The notes beneath the pieces were generated by a model. That model was not told the DNA's origin and did not search any database. It was given only the letters and a program-made list of their open reading frames with translations. From the NCBI GenBank assembly GCA_002633005.1, contig NMRA01000256.1, positions 1 to 64,000 of the forward strand: 64,000 bases of DNA. The letters run 5' to 3'. The stretch is from Phoronis australis. Taxonomy: Eukaryota > Animalia > Phoronida. Below are positions 50,687 to 63,665 of this stretch, one piece after another (the first letter of the stretch is position 1; every line of letters begins with the position of its first letter). Both the position numbers and the translations under genes were made by a program.

Positions 50687-53600
50687 CTGAAATGACGAAG
50701 ATACAAGAAATTGTTCATTTAAAGACTGTGGGTGGGAACTCCTTCTTAACCACTGCTCAAAACACATAAATGCACCAAAATTGCTCAACCACACAAAGTT
50801 GGCTCAAATCTTTTAACACCATGACAAAAATGATTGTCCATCTCTTAATGGATCATACAGGATATCAGTAAGCATAAAGTGTTAAAAAACATCAACTGTG
50901 AAGGATTAGGCGACTAGCTGCCAACACTGCACCTCTCCATAAAATGACATGATATTCCAAGTGCTTTCTTTCAAAGGGGAAACCAGTGTCTATCACATCA
51001 AAGTAATGTTAGATCATTTTTGTTAATCATATCATTTCATGTTGTTTCAAGGTCAGAGAGCCTGCAGAAACTTTAGTAGCCTTGTTCAATAAAATTTTCA
51101 CATGAAATGGTCACATTTTAGGCTTAGACACACCACACAAGTTATGCGTGTAGAGTATTGTTTTAACATTAAGAGGGTGGTATTTTTATGAGTTTCACTT
51201 GTTCTCGGGTATAAAAGTAACAGCAGAAAATTCTACATGCACGGGATATGAAATCAGGTAGAAACAGCATCAAATCAGAAAAGTACCAGGCATATGCTCG
51301 GAACGTTCAATTTTCTCGTCTCATATGAAAGACAAATGAAGGCCCATTTAATGAGCTCAAGACAAGGCCCATATTCTAGAAAATTCGCTTTATTAGGGAA
51401 TAGTTTTGGGAAAGTTCATATTATTAGGGTCACGTTTTGAAAGGGTACACTTTGAACAGCTGAGGATTTGGGGTCCCTGGTACACTGCCTTAGAGACTTT
51501 TTAAAAATCTCTTGTTAAAAGATGGATATCCAAGTTTCTGGTGGCTGCTTCCGAGCCAAGTTCAGACTAAACCAGTAAGCAAATACTACTTGCATTGTGA
51601 GTATTACCACACTTACAAACTGANNNNNNNNNNNNNNNNNNNNNNNNNNNNNNNNNNNNNNNNNNNNNNNNNNNNNNNNNNNNNNNNNNNNNNNNNNNNN
51701 NNNNNNNNNNNNNNNNNNNNNNNNNNNNNNNNNNNNNNNNNNNNNNNNNNNNNNNNNNNNNNNNNNNNNNNNNNNNNNNNNNNNNNNNNNNNNNNNNNNN
51801 NNNNNNNNNNNNNNNNNNNNNNNNNNNNNNNNNNNNNNNNNNNNNNNNNNNNNNNNNNNNNNNNNNNNNNNNNNNNNNNNNNNNNNNNNNNNNNNNNNNN
51901 NNNNNNNNNNNNNNNNNNNNNNNNNNNNNNNNNNNNNNNNNNNNNNNNNNNNNNNNNNNNNNNNNNNNNNNNNNNNNNNNNNNNNNNNNNNNNNNNNNNN
52001 NNNNNNNNNNNNNNNNNNNNNNNNNNNNNNNNNNNNNNNNNNNNNNNNNNNNNNNNNNNNNNNNNNNNNNNNNNNNNNNNNNNNNNNNNNNNNNNNNNNN
52101 NNNNNNNNNNNNNNNNNNNNNNNNNNNNNNNNNNNNNNCCCCTCACTCACCACTCCCTTTTCATCGCCGGACAACTGTATTGCCAGTGTCTCTTTCACTC
52201 ACACCATTTATCACCCTCGGACGCCTGTATTGCCAGTGTCCTAATTCCCTTATTCCCCATTTTCATTGGCACGCCCTTTCCACTCACCTTTTTGAGGTTC
52301 TCCCTCCCGGGCAGTCTTTCCCGCTTCTTTTATATTTGTTGTTGGTTTACCTCATCCCCTATTATGGGTTATCCTCTACTTAGCTTTTTTTCCATACTTT
52401 ATATAGTTTTACTTTTGCCGGGGCCTCCTTTTGCTGATGCTTATCTGTATGTTGTTTGTACATGTCACCGTTTTTGTTTCCTTATACCTATATAGACAGC
52501 ATGCTTTTGGTAGGTTGATATGTCCCTTATGTATATTCCTTAATTTTTATCTATTCATGTTAGCTTTATATTCCACTGGGTTTCAATTACTATGGTTTCG
52601 CCACCTTGTTTTGTCGCTCCATGATTTTGTTTTTATTGTGTCATGCTACCTAGCTGTACCACTCCATGTTTGCATTTTCCTTTTACGGGCTTACTTTTGC
52701 ACCGTTTTCTTATGCTACTTTTGTCAGCCACGCTCGCTCTCCCTTGGGTGGGCGGATGCATCCTTCTGCTGCATCTGTGGCAGATTGTCACCCACCTTTA
52801 CAGTTCAACATGTTATATAACTTTTGTAATTACTGATATCTGTAGTAGTTTAGTTTGTCATAATAGATATGACCTTTTATTTCAACTACACATGTTGTTT
52901 CACTGTAAACTAGCTTCGGTATCGCTTCGCAGTTAGCGCATATAAATAGGTTTTACTCTGCGTCATAGCTCGTGGCGTACCCCGGGCAAAATAGATTACG
53001 ATAAATAGGTTTACTTTTGACGGTCCCACCGTTTGCTGTTACTCTTCATACATGTCACCGTTTCTGTTTACTTTTGCTTATATAGACAGCGTGCTTTTTG
53101 TTGTTGCTATGTTCCTTATGTATATTCCTTGGTTTTTATCTATTCATGTTAGACTTATATTCCTCTGGGTTTCAGTTCCTATGATTTAGACACCTTGTTA
53201 TGTCGCTCTATAATTTTGTTTTGTTTTGTCATGCTGCCTAGCTGTACCGCTCTATGTTCGTACTTTCCTGTTTACGTGCTTACTTTTGCCCTCTTTTTTC
53301 TTATGTCCGTTTTGTCAGCCTCGCTCGCTCTCCCTTGGGTGGGCGGATGCATCTTTCTGCTGCATCTTTGGCAGATTGTCACCCACCTTTACAGTTCAAC
53401 ATATTATGTAACTTTTGTAATTACCGATATCTGTAGTAGTTTAGTTTGTCATAATATATATGACCTTTTATCCCATCTACACGTGTTGTTTCACTGTAAA
53501 CTAGCTTCGGTATCGCTTCGCAGTTAGCGCATATAAAAATTATTTAAGTATTAAATTATTTTTTGTAAGCTATACTGCTTCGTTCTCATTATCATATTGT

Positions 53601-54107
53601 TTGGATTCTCGGGTCAGTGACAATCTTTGTTCTACGATTATTGCTTAAATTGTACCACGTGATCTCTTTGTCTCGTCGCAACACTGGGCCATCGTCCACA
53701 ATTCTCTCCAAATTTCAGTTTGCACTCAATTTCTCTTTCCCTCCCTCCCGCAAACCAATTTTCCTTTACAGTTCAACATATTATGTAACTTTTTGTAATT
53801 ACCGATATCTGTAGTAGTTTAGTTTGCCATAATATATATGACCTTTTATCTCATCTACACGTGTTGTTTCACTGTAAACTAGTTTCGGTATCGATTCGCA
53901 GTGAGCGCATATAAATAATTTTATTGAACTGAAATTCTGTATGCATTTAACTAAAGATACATCTTTGTCTATTAAGTCCAGGGTCTAAATAACCTGAATA
54001 CTTTGAAGTCTGAAACGGAGAATTTGCGAATTATTCTGTTTTTTGTGGAACTTTAAATATTTATCCTGTACACACATAAATCAGTAAATTTGGCACTCAT
54101 TTTTCAC

Positions 54108-54212
54108 CCAGGTCGCAGTCTTTTATGTCATACATGCATGTACAGTTGTAGTTGTCAATGAGATCAGGGCAGCTGGCGCCATTTTTGCACGGCGACGAAT
54201 TACAGGTATTGG
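54108..54212 (-). pseudogene. Orphan EGF exon, second copy
   Basis: Same as 45990-46094 with T to P after Cys3. Confidence 0.85.
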
Positions 54213-57200
54213 CTGAAAAAGAGCAATCGACAATCGTTGAATACCTGAAATAATTATGGTATGCTATCTTTGGTGTGAAAACATATTCATATTTCTTTAC
54301 GTTAATGATATGGACTCCGCAAGTATTCGTTTACAATTTTGAAATTGTTTCGGTTGCGTCAGTAAAACTAACATATTACTCTTGCTTTATTATGTCGCTG
54401 TTAGGGGCGGATCCAGGATTTTTATTTACGGGCGCCAGGCAGAGTATTAGCCAGAATTTTGCCCGTCAGACGTTCGCAGGCCCGAATTGCAAAATGGAAT
54501 CTGGGAGAGTTTTAGGGGGGCCATGGGCCAATTGGCCCCCCTCTAAATTCGCCACTGGCTATATAATCGATTTCCATTCATTCGACTTCAAATGTTTGAG
54601 TTCAAATACACAAGCAGTTTTACCGTGGTTGAGTTATGCAAGTGCAATTTTTATCAAGACGCTATCAAATAGGGATTAGCTAGTATTTCTTACATTTTAT
54701 TTCACGAGGAAATCCCGTACTGCGCAATAGATTCGTGACATACTTGTCAGTTAGAACGACACTAAGCCATGTTTCATCCTTTTCATACAAATCTGGATAA
54801 GTTACTGCTGCACCCCTACTTGTACTTCCAAAGCACTGTTCAAGGGCGGACTGTTTTCTTAAAGGAGACAGTCAGACTTGAAACTTCCTTTATGAAGAAC
54901 CTCTTGATCGATAACAGGGCTCTCGTGTATTTAGCGCAGGTATTTAGTGCAATGGGTCCAGCCATGAGGCCTGTGCACGCCCGATGCACAGCAAATGACA
55001 TCAAACCACTTTCATTCTTTTTATTGTTAAATATTTATTATTCATCATTAGTGTATCCTGAGAGTTTGAAGTGGGAGGGGCTTTTCACAGAGCCCCCGCG
55101 TCACCCGCATAAAGCATGAGTCACAATTGCCAATTTAGCGGAACATGTAAAGATTTTTAAAACCTGGGCCACAATTTTGAGTGTTGACGACAGTTACAAG
55201 GTATTGTCTCGAATAAGAGATACATCGCCTATGGTGCCGTAAGCTCCCCTGTACAGGGCAGCGTTGATGGACCAACTATGTCCCGAGCGCCTACCGAATA
55301 TATAGTCTAGTTTTTCCCAACCCGTGCAGAAATAATATGATTCAGTTCCTCGTCCGAATATGGCGTAAGTTAAGACATTACAACAGACTGTGTCCTAAAA
55401 TAAAAAGTTTGCCTGCGATCAAAGACCGTCCTGAATTCTTGCACTTGAACTGGAGATTCCGTCAAGACTGACACGAAGGATATTGTAGGGTCGGGCCGAA
55501 ATGACACGACTGTCACGTGAGCACTTGAGGAGGGTGTCATCTTTCTTCACAGGCCCAGTGTCATATACAATACTCGGTAGACAGCGATTCCAATATTCAG
55601 TTTCATTTCATTTCTTACTACTATTGAATGATTTTAAATCGCGTTTTCGGTGTCGACTTAGTGACTTAGAAGAAACGCAATCTCTTTAAAATACACTTTT
55701 GCCTTTATACTTACAGAACATGAACTGTTCTCGCGAAACACCGACAAAATGGCATCTGCATGCACAGTTGAATGACACTGACTTACTATTTGCAAAAACA
55801 CAGAGTTGTAATTTTACAAGGGGTGAAACTCAGTGTGTGTTCTTAATAGTGTAACAAGCACATTTAACGGGGCAATCAACTAAACATGGACCAAGATTGT
55901 CATGAACAATAGCACGACCGATCAACCATTATGAAACTACGGGATAGAAAAGGCGACTTTGGTGAAGTTAAATAAATTACACCCCTTCTCTTTTCGGAAA
56001 TGCCCTGTTAATCTCATACAATCCTTTCATTTTACTATTGATACTATTGTCGTTTCTACTCGTTACCCGATTATCAACTGACTGCCGCGTCCCTTTCTCC
56101 TTCAATGAGGGCTCCCATCGACTTAATGTCAACGAGGCGACTGATCACGTGTGACCGGATATTAGTAGCGTCTAGGGATGGGGAGACTTGTTTAAAACGC
56201 ATGTCTAATCACATACGCTCTAAAAGGGACTGTTCACGAAGTCCAAAATGTTTCCCTATACCACCCGTTGAGAAGTACCTCCTTGTACAGTCAGGTCGCG
56301 ACAATAAGTCACCGGTCCCCCGTCATCAGTCCCCAAGCTTCCTGAAAGTTTCGAACCTACCACATAACTTTCTGACTTGTGAACATAAAATCTGAAGATA
56401 TATTATCACACTCCAATGTAACGGTTGCATTTTTGACATTGTATTTGTATTATATTTTTTACATTCTTCACGTAAAAAATAAATCTGAAACTAAATAAGG
56501 CTACCCAGATCCTCCCAAGGATACTATTGTTTCACGAAATGTAGAATATAAATAGGTAAATAAAACAACAAGAATGGATCAACTGAAATTTTCGAATGTA
56601 ATAACGTCCTTTGTCAACAGAAACAGAAATAAAGTAAAATCAAACACTATGTGACAATTGACATTTAAGATATGGTATGTATACATAAGAATAACACAAT
56701 TACGCAGGTTTGAAATTTTATTTGTGACATATGCTTGAAAACCAAGTGCACCAAGAATACAAACTAACATGTGAACATACAAACAAACCCGGTTTGGCAC
56801 TTACTGCATACATGTGAACAATCTTACATAGTATCAAAATATTTTTCCAATATGGTTTCCATAAAAGAGAAACGTAAAGTCAGTCGGACTTACCAAAATG
56901 ACTTCACAAGAGTTAGCCAATTTTCTCTAAAACAAATAGTCAAGAACAATGTTATTCAAATCTTTCTGTTACCACAGTAACTGGCAAATTGTAAGTTGGA
57001 CAGATATGTCTTACCCACATACTGAAAAATCATGAAGTCAATCAACAAAATACATGCATGTCATGGATTGTTTTGAGCAAAATTGTAAACATCGCATAAT
57101 AATCACTCTTAAAGTTCTCAAAAATCAACAACAGTTAACCAAATAACTGTGATCACTCACAGATTACCATATACAAAATATGCACACAAAATATGGATGG

Positions 57201-58728
57201 CAGTACAAGAAAATATGGATGGCAATACAAGGCACTAATCAGCATCATTATAATTCATCAAAAATGCTCAACACGTTTACCACACCTTGTAATAAAAGCC
57301 TGTCCAACACACAATTATCAACAATGGTGATTATGTTTTGACAATCAAAGCTATACTGAGCAATGCTTCAGAGGGTCAAAAACAGCCAACTTCAATGTAA
57401 AATATAATACATATTAGCCCCACTGTGAGTCTGACCACACAAAACAAAAAGTGTTTTGTGCCCTATTTCACAACTCAGTTCTTGTGAAGCATTCCAAAAC
57501 AAGTGACACGTGCCACAGTGTGAAATGGGATGCTCCGGGTATGAATCATATTACCGAACCTGCGCTCACTATAACTTTAATTAAGTATTAAAAAGGCAAT
57601 CCTATGTACAGCAAAATATTTACAAGAAAGCAAAGGCCAAATTAATGATGAAGTTGTGCATGTCACACACGATTAAATTCAAAACATGATGCATTAAACC
57701 TCAAGACAATTGACACCAATATGTGGCAAAGTATGACATTTTTACACTTCATACTTTCTATTCACACAAACATGTACAAAGATGAGCACATGGATCATAC
57801 TTAGTCACAACGATTCCATTTACAGTGTACACCAAAAATGTGCTCGCACTTCAGTACTACAATGCCATAGTTCAAATTCAGTTCTCTCTGCACCTGGGCC
57901 TTCTCTATGGTTACGACTTGCTTTGACAGTAGGTGCATGAAGTGTGAGCTAGCCATCATGTGCTTTGTTTTCACGAGAATAACAACTCAATTTCGGAGAA
58001 TGAAAATTTATCACGCAATTCTACCGGAAACTCAAAAACGGCAAGGAATCATAACACGCCACTTTTCATTCGATGTCAATAAACAATGCATTTATTTTGG
58101 ATAAAAGGCATAATTCTTATTTTGATCACATCTTTACGAAACCAGAAATCTTCTTAATAAACAGTGCAGTTATTGTCGTTTGAAGTGTGAGTACTTTTTT
58201 GGATACCGTATATTTTTATTACAACAAAAAACATGCCGAACAGTCACAAAAATTCAATGACCTGTCAGATATCCTGCTAAAAGTTGATTGTTAATCAAAA
58301 ATAGTGTGTAACAAAAACAGGTCTGAGATCATTCCATTCTCAGGTAAGAAGTGATACCTGGGGTAGGGAATTACTGACAATTTGTCATAATCCACTCCTC
58401 AAGTTGGTCTGCAAAGAATAATGTCTAATATGTCAAAAAGCAGTATGGCTGATAGAAACAATCCTATGATTTACCGCCAATAAAACATTTTTTGCAAAGT
58501 ACAAGGAGGTGACAACATTGCGCTAAAATATGTACTTGGATGAACAGAACATACTTCAGGGCTTAGCTTAGTTGGAAAGGCATGGTAACTTTCTCTTGTA
58601 ATTAATCTCACATTGCTCTTCCAACACTTGGACACTCCATGCATGATTCACTGCGCATCCATGGTGATGTAGGTCATTGTTATTATGCAAGGATGCCAGG
58701 ACCAACATGACCTCTGACCTTAGCAGAG

Positions 58729-58797
58729 TTAAGACTGCGGGAACATCAGAGAGAAAGACACATAGATGGGGGTCTCCAACGCTGAGAGATGCAATGT
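58729..58797 (-). CDS. BTBD16: BTBD16-like gene, terminal coding exon
   Basis: tttcAG, phase 0; TLHLSALETPIYVSFSLMFPQS* resembles the recalled vertebrate BTBD16 end PIYVSFAFIFPAS. Confidence 0.82.
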   Translation of the reverse strand, partial: TLHLSALETPIYVSFSLMFPQS

Positions 58798-59981
58798 CTG
58801 AAATGACGAAGATACAAGAAATTGTTCATTTAAAGACTGTGGGTGGGAACTCCTTCTTAACCACTGCTCAAAACACATAAATGCACCAAAATTGCTCAAC
58901 CACACAAAGTTGGCTCAAATCTTTTAACACCATGACAAAAATGATTGTCCATCTCTTAATGGATCATACGGGATATCAGTAAGCCAAAAGTGTCAAAAAA
59001 CATCATCTGTGAAGGATAAGGCGACTAGCTGCCAACACTGCACCTCTCCATAAAATGACATGATATTCCAAGTGCTTTCTTTCAAAGGGGAAACCAGTGT
59101 CTATCACATCAAAGTAATGTTAAACCATTTTTGTTAATCATATCATTTCATGTTGTTTCAAGGGGAGAGAGCCTGCAGAAACTTGAGTAATAGCCTTGTT
59201 CAATAAAATTTTCACATGAAATGGTCACATTTTAGGCTTAGACACACCCCGCAAGTTATGCGTGTAGAGTATGGTTTTAACATTAAGAGGGTGTGGTATT
59301 TTTATGAGTTTCACTTGTTCTCGGGTATAAAAGTAACAGCAGAAAATCCTACATGCACGGGATACGAAATCAGGTAGAAACAGTATCACCTCAGAAAAGT
59401 ACCAGGCATATGCTCGGAACGTTCAATTTTCTCGTCTCATATGAAAGACAAATGAGGGCCCATTTAATGAGCTCAAGACAAGGCCCATATTCTAGAAAAT
59501 TCGCTTTATTAGGGAATAGTTTTGGGAAAGTTCATATTATTAGGGTCACGTTTTGAAAGGGTACACTTTGAACAGTTGAGGATTTGGGGTCCCTGGTACA
59601 CTGCCTTAGAGACTTTTTAAAAATCTCTTGTTAAAAGATGGATACCCAAGTTTCTGGTGGCTGCTTCCGAGCCAAGTTCAGACTAAACCAGTAAGCAAAT
59701 ACTACTTGCATTGTGAGTATTACCACACTTACAAACTGACTTATATAAAGCTTTTTGCGACTCGTTTCAGGCTCTAAGTAAATTTTTGCACAAATTAGTA
59801 TCGTTTAACTTCTTTAATTGTAGACAACTTTCGAATTATAAAGTTTCCCAGATTAAATCCCGTGTTACAGCATTCGTTTAAAATATTCTGCGTTGGTCTC
59901 TTGTCCCAAGTACACTTTGAATGCACTCTACAGTCTTTGAATTGCCTCTAGTTTTTTAGTAATTCCAGTATGGTCTCTTAC

Positions 59982-60170
59982 CTCACTCTGACATGTTTTA
60001 TCGCCCAATCCAAACCTCCCTGCTACTGTTCCCGTGGTGTACAACTCTGCATGACCATTGTGTATAGTTTGAACACGGATGTTGTAGCGAACGTCACGGT
60101 CAGGTCTGGCTGAGAAAGTCTGTCTCTCGCACTGCCGAAACGTCAGCTGAGGGTCCGTTGGTTTGAGGCG
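59982..60170 (-). CDS. BTBD16: BTBD16-like exon
   Basis: accAG to GTaag, phase 0-0; RLKPTDPQLTFRQCERQTFSARPDRDVRYNIRVQ...RFGLGDKTCQSE. Confidence 0.85.
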
Positions 60171-60478
60171 CTGGTGATAAATCAATGGAATGCTATAGTG
60201 CATCAAAATTTAGAAAATTGAAACAATAGTAATTTATTTTTTAATTGGTTTTATTCAAACTTAGTCTACACTTGTCACCTAGACGACATTTTTTATAATT
60301 TATTAAAAGATGCATTTCTTCTAGTTTCAAAAAATTTTCATCCAATTTTCTCTAAAGCATCAATAAACCCTGATTAAATTAAAGAAACTAGAATTTGATA
60401 TGGACCACTTACATCAATAAAAATAATGTCAGTTGACTTTCACTTGTTCTTTACTCAGATGAGAAGTGAATTTTGGTC

Positions 60479-60786
60479 TTGCAGAGAGAGCGACATGCTC
60501 GGCGAATGGCACGCCATAACGAGTCAACTTGTAGAGAGACCGACACGTTCAGTGAACGGCATGCCATGACAAGTCAACTTGTAGAGAGACCGACACGCTC
60601 AGTGAACGGCATGCCATGACAAGTCAACTTGTAGAGAGACCGGCATGCTCAGTGAATGGCATGCCATGACAAGTCAACTTGTAGAGAGATCGACACGCTC
60701 AGTTAATGGCATGCCATGACAAGTCAACTTGTAGAGAGATTGACATGCTCGGTGAACGGCATGCCATGACAACTTAACTTGTAGAG
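60479..60786. repeat. 50-bp minisatellite, about six units, intronic
   Basis: Unit gtagagagaccgacacgctcagtgaacggcatgccatgacaagtcaactt repeated head to tail. Confidence 0.95.
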
Positions 60787-61378
60787 CTTGGTCAGAAACA
60801 ATAACAAACAGTCGCTGAGTTCTTCCCAAGTCCAGAAATCATACTTATTTGACTGTTTCTGCATTAAGATTTTAGCCATAAGAAGACGACTTTTAAAACA
60901 AATAGGTTTCGTCAGGGTCAACTGCACAACTTTAAGACAATTGACTCCAAAGTTTGCCTGTAAGAGTTCAACTCTACCCAATTGGTTCATTTTTCACCCT
61001 CGAGGTTCCTTGCAGAAAAGCAAGATTTAGTGAGACAATGCAAAATCACACAAGTGAAAAACCGAGTGCTTCGCAAGTATGTCCATGAGTTTGCTAACCT
61101 GACCTAACAAAATGGTGGTCACAGAAGTGATTGGACGGTGAGGTTGGAATGTTGCATCATGGGATTAAATTCACTGTTCTCCTCTACAAGTGAAGATTTT
61201 GTGCAACAAGAGCAAACTAACATATTGTGTCCATGGACGGCAACCTGATGAAGTTGAGCACCACTTTTGAACCGAGAGTGTTTTGTGAATGATAAGAGAT
61301 ACAGCTAACAGCTGTGATTGTTTGGGTCAGGGAAAGACACATTTGATCAAAAATGACACGGCCCTTTCACTGACTCAC

Positions 61379-61480
61379 CTGCATTAGGAACGTGTATGTC
61401 CCACGCTTGTCTTTCCTGATTGCTTTGATTTCAAAGTGGAACCCATGTACAGAGAAAATTTCTGAGTGAAAAGGCGGCCC
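61379..61480 (-). CDS. BTBD16: BTBD16-like exon
   Basis: tacAG to GTgag, phase 0-0; GPPFHSEIFSVHGFHFEIKAIRKDKRGTYTFLMQ. Confidence 0.85.
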
Positions 61481-62223
61481 CTGTAACAGAGTAATCAACA
61501 GTAAAAAATTGTAGTATTATAATTATGAAAATAGGTCAGTAACAAGAGATAGAGTATTTAGCACATTACTGCAATAATTACGGAACAATCTCGTTGTCTT
61601 GACAATCCAGAACCTCATCTTACACTCCACAATGTCAACTATTCCAGAAAAATAACTTGACCTCCATGCAGCAAAGAACAAAGACTGTGAGAAATAAACA
61701 GCCATAATTGATAGTTATAGGTGTAGACAAGAGCATGGCAAAATGCTTTTTTCAGTAATAGCAAAGTGGGAACATACCAGGACAAACTTATGACTAAGAA
61801 CATTAACTTCATAAGCCAACACTAGTGTTACTATCATATCTGGTTGGAGTTATTTCCCCATGTTACCAGATGTAGTTATTTTCATAATTATCTTATAAAT
61901 TCAGGCAGCAAAAACTATGCCAAGAGACCATTTATGCTTCTGATAACTGCACTTCTGATTGGTAACATATTCAATTTCGATAAAAAATTATTCTTTGCTG
62001 AACTACTTTTTGAGGGGACACACAAAATATTGCCCATTTTCATGACATATTGTTTTAAGTTCTTGAAGAGCCATCTGGTGTCTGAAGTCAAGCATAAAGT
62101 CCTTTGCCAAGAGACGTGGTCCTGAAGGACAATCATCAATATGGTATAAGTTGAATCAAGCAAAAAGTTTAATATAAGCAATGTTGAAGCACAATGTGAG
62201 AAAACACAACACAAAAAACTTAC

Positions 62224-62304
62224 ATTATTGTCGATGACAAATCCTTGCCTTATGCTGGATGAGTTATAATTGTTCATCATAGACATATCTCCACCTCCCT
62301 GTAA
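62224..62304 (-). CDS. BTBD16: BTBD16-like exon
   Basis: tgcAG to GTaagt, phase 0-0; LQGGGDMSMMNNYNSSSIRQGFVIDNN. Confidence 0.85.
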
Positions 62305-63020
62305 CTGCAACAAAAATGTCAAAAATATAAAACGGATTTATTTTACTAAAATTTCAAACAAGTCATTGTCTAAGACATCTACACAGTCATATCTTTTGTT
62401 CTTAATCACTGAAGAAATTGCTCAAAGGATTGTTCCGACAAGTCAGAGAATATCACTTTAAATTGTGTTAAAGCTATATCTAAATAATATACTTATTGGT
62501 AGTTTCCCAGAAAAAATAAATCCTTAGAAAATCTGTAATCACCATTTTTCAAGCCTTAGATTTCCATTACCACCTGGACACAAGCAATGGTGCAGATATA
62601 CTGACAAGCTTAAGAAGGTATTATTGACTGGCTGTCCTATATTCACGCTTCAATCACGCACACAGGTATTAAGGCAAGTTGTCATGAGTGCCTTTACTAA
62701 ATCCCGCTATGTGAACAAAAGCTTTGTCGAATGGTTTAACTTGATTATGGGTGAAAAATGTGCCAAGTTCTGAAACAACACTGATAATAATACAATGGTA
62801 CAGATTTTTAAAAGAAAATAATGTCATTACAAGCAAGAAATTAGAAGATAATACCTAGCAAATAGAATTTAAGGACAACTTGCTCATTTCACACAAAATA
62901 ACAGTCAAAAGTTTCATTTCACTATTTCTTAAACACTGACTACATTATGTAGGCTAAACATCGACTACAAAAAGAGAGGCAAAACATTGACTTCACTCAT
63001 AAGAAAGGTATACTACTTAC

Positions 63021-63103
63021 TGCATGGTAATGTTCTGATAACATCTGAACTATCCATGACTGGGGGATGATGTTCATTTGTTGGATCTCCTGAATATTCA
63101 CAT
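63021..63103 (-). CDS. BTBD16: BTBD16-like exon
   Basis: tatAG to GTaagt, phase 1-0; VNIQEIQQMNIIPQSWIVQMLSEHYHA; the joined HYHALQGGGDM matches recalled BTBD16 HYHALENGGDM. Confidence 0.87.
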
Positions 63104-63573
63104 CTATAATAACACAAATCACAAGTTAATGAAGACAAACCGGATTACATATTACACTAAATACCTAGTGATTTCCCTATAGATTTAATAGGACAAATGT
63201 ACTTCACACATCAGAGTAAAAAACACAACAAAAATTCAGCGTAATGTTACACTTAAATGATATGGGAGATTATACAGAATGATAGATAACAGCAAAATTT
63301 GTAATTAAAATGTTTTAATGATATTTTAAGAACAGAGAAAAGAGAAAAAGTAAAGCCAGTGTTAAATATGACATACATCCGAGACACAAAAACAATAATT
63401 ACATAAGTGGAATAACACAAAAAGCATTCAACTGCAAAGGCAACATAAAACAGGATGTTAACATTTCTGGCTTCACAAACTTTGAACATAATCCATGTAT
63501 TCCTATGTATTCGAAGTATAACTTCAATTCAAAACAGTGTTAATGTTTTTTTAAGCTTGAAGCAATCACTCAC

Positions 63574-63665
63574 TTTCTAGGATTCCATGCAAGCGTAGTG
63601 CCATAAACAGGGGAGCAAACTTCTGTCCTTCCTCCCGCTCAATAAATGCACCAGTTTTTGGCAAG
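63574..63665 (-). CDS. BTBD16: BTBD16-like exon; gene continues beyond the window
   Basis: tttcAG to GTgagt, phase 2-1; LPKTGAFIEREEGQKFAPLFMALRLHGILE (PLF-x-x-LRLHGI). Confidence 0.87.

Larger units (their letters stand above)
44021..51623. repeat. 7.6-kb near-identical direct repeat, copy 1, bounded by N gaps
   Basis: Offset 8118 to 52139-59739; both copies start at the same base after a gap. Confidence 0.95.
52139..59739. repeat. 7.6-kb near-identical direct repeat, copy 2
   Basis: Essentially identical Ngaro tail, then scattered substitutions; continues into unique BTBD16 intron. Confidence 0.95.

Noticed and set aside
60479-60786. CRISPR-like periodic array
   Set aside because: Units repeat head to tail with no unique spacers, no cas genes, eukaryotic intron
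61915-62322. 135-aa ORF
   Set aside because: Only 62224-62304 is a supported exon; the rest is intron read-through
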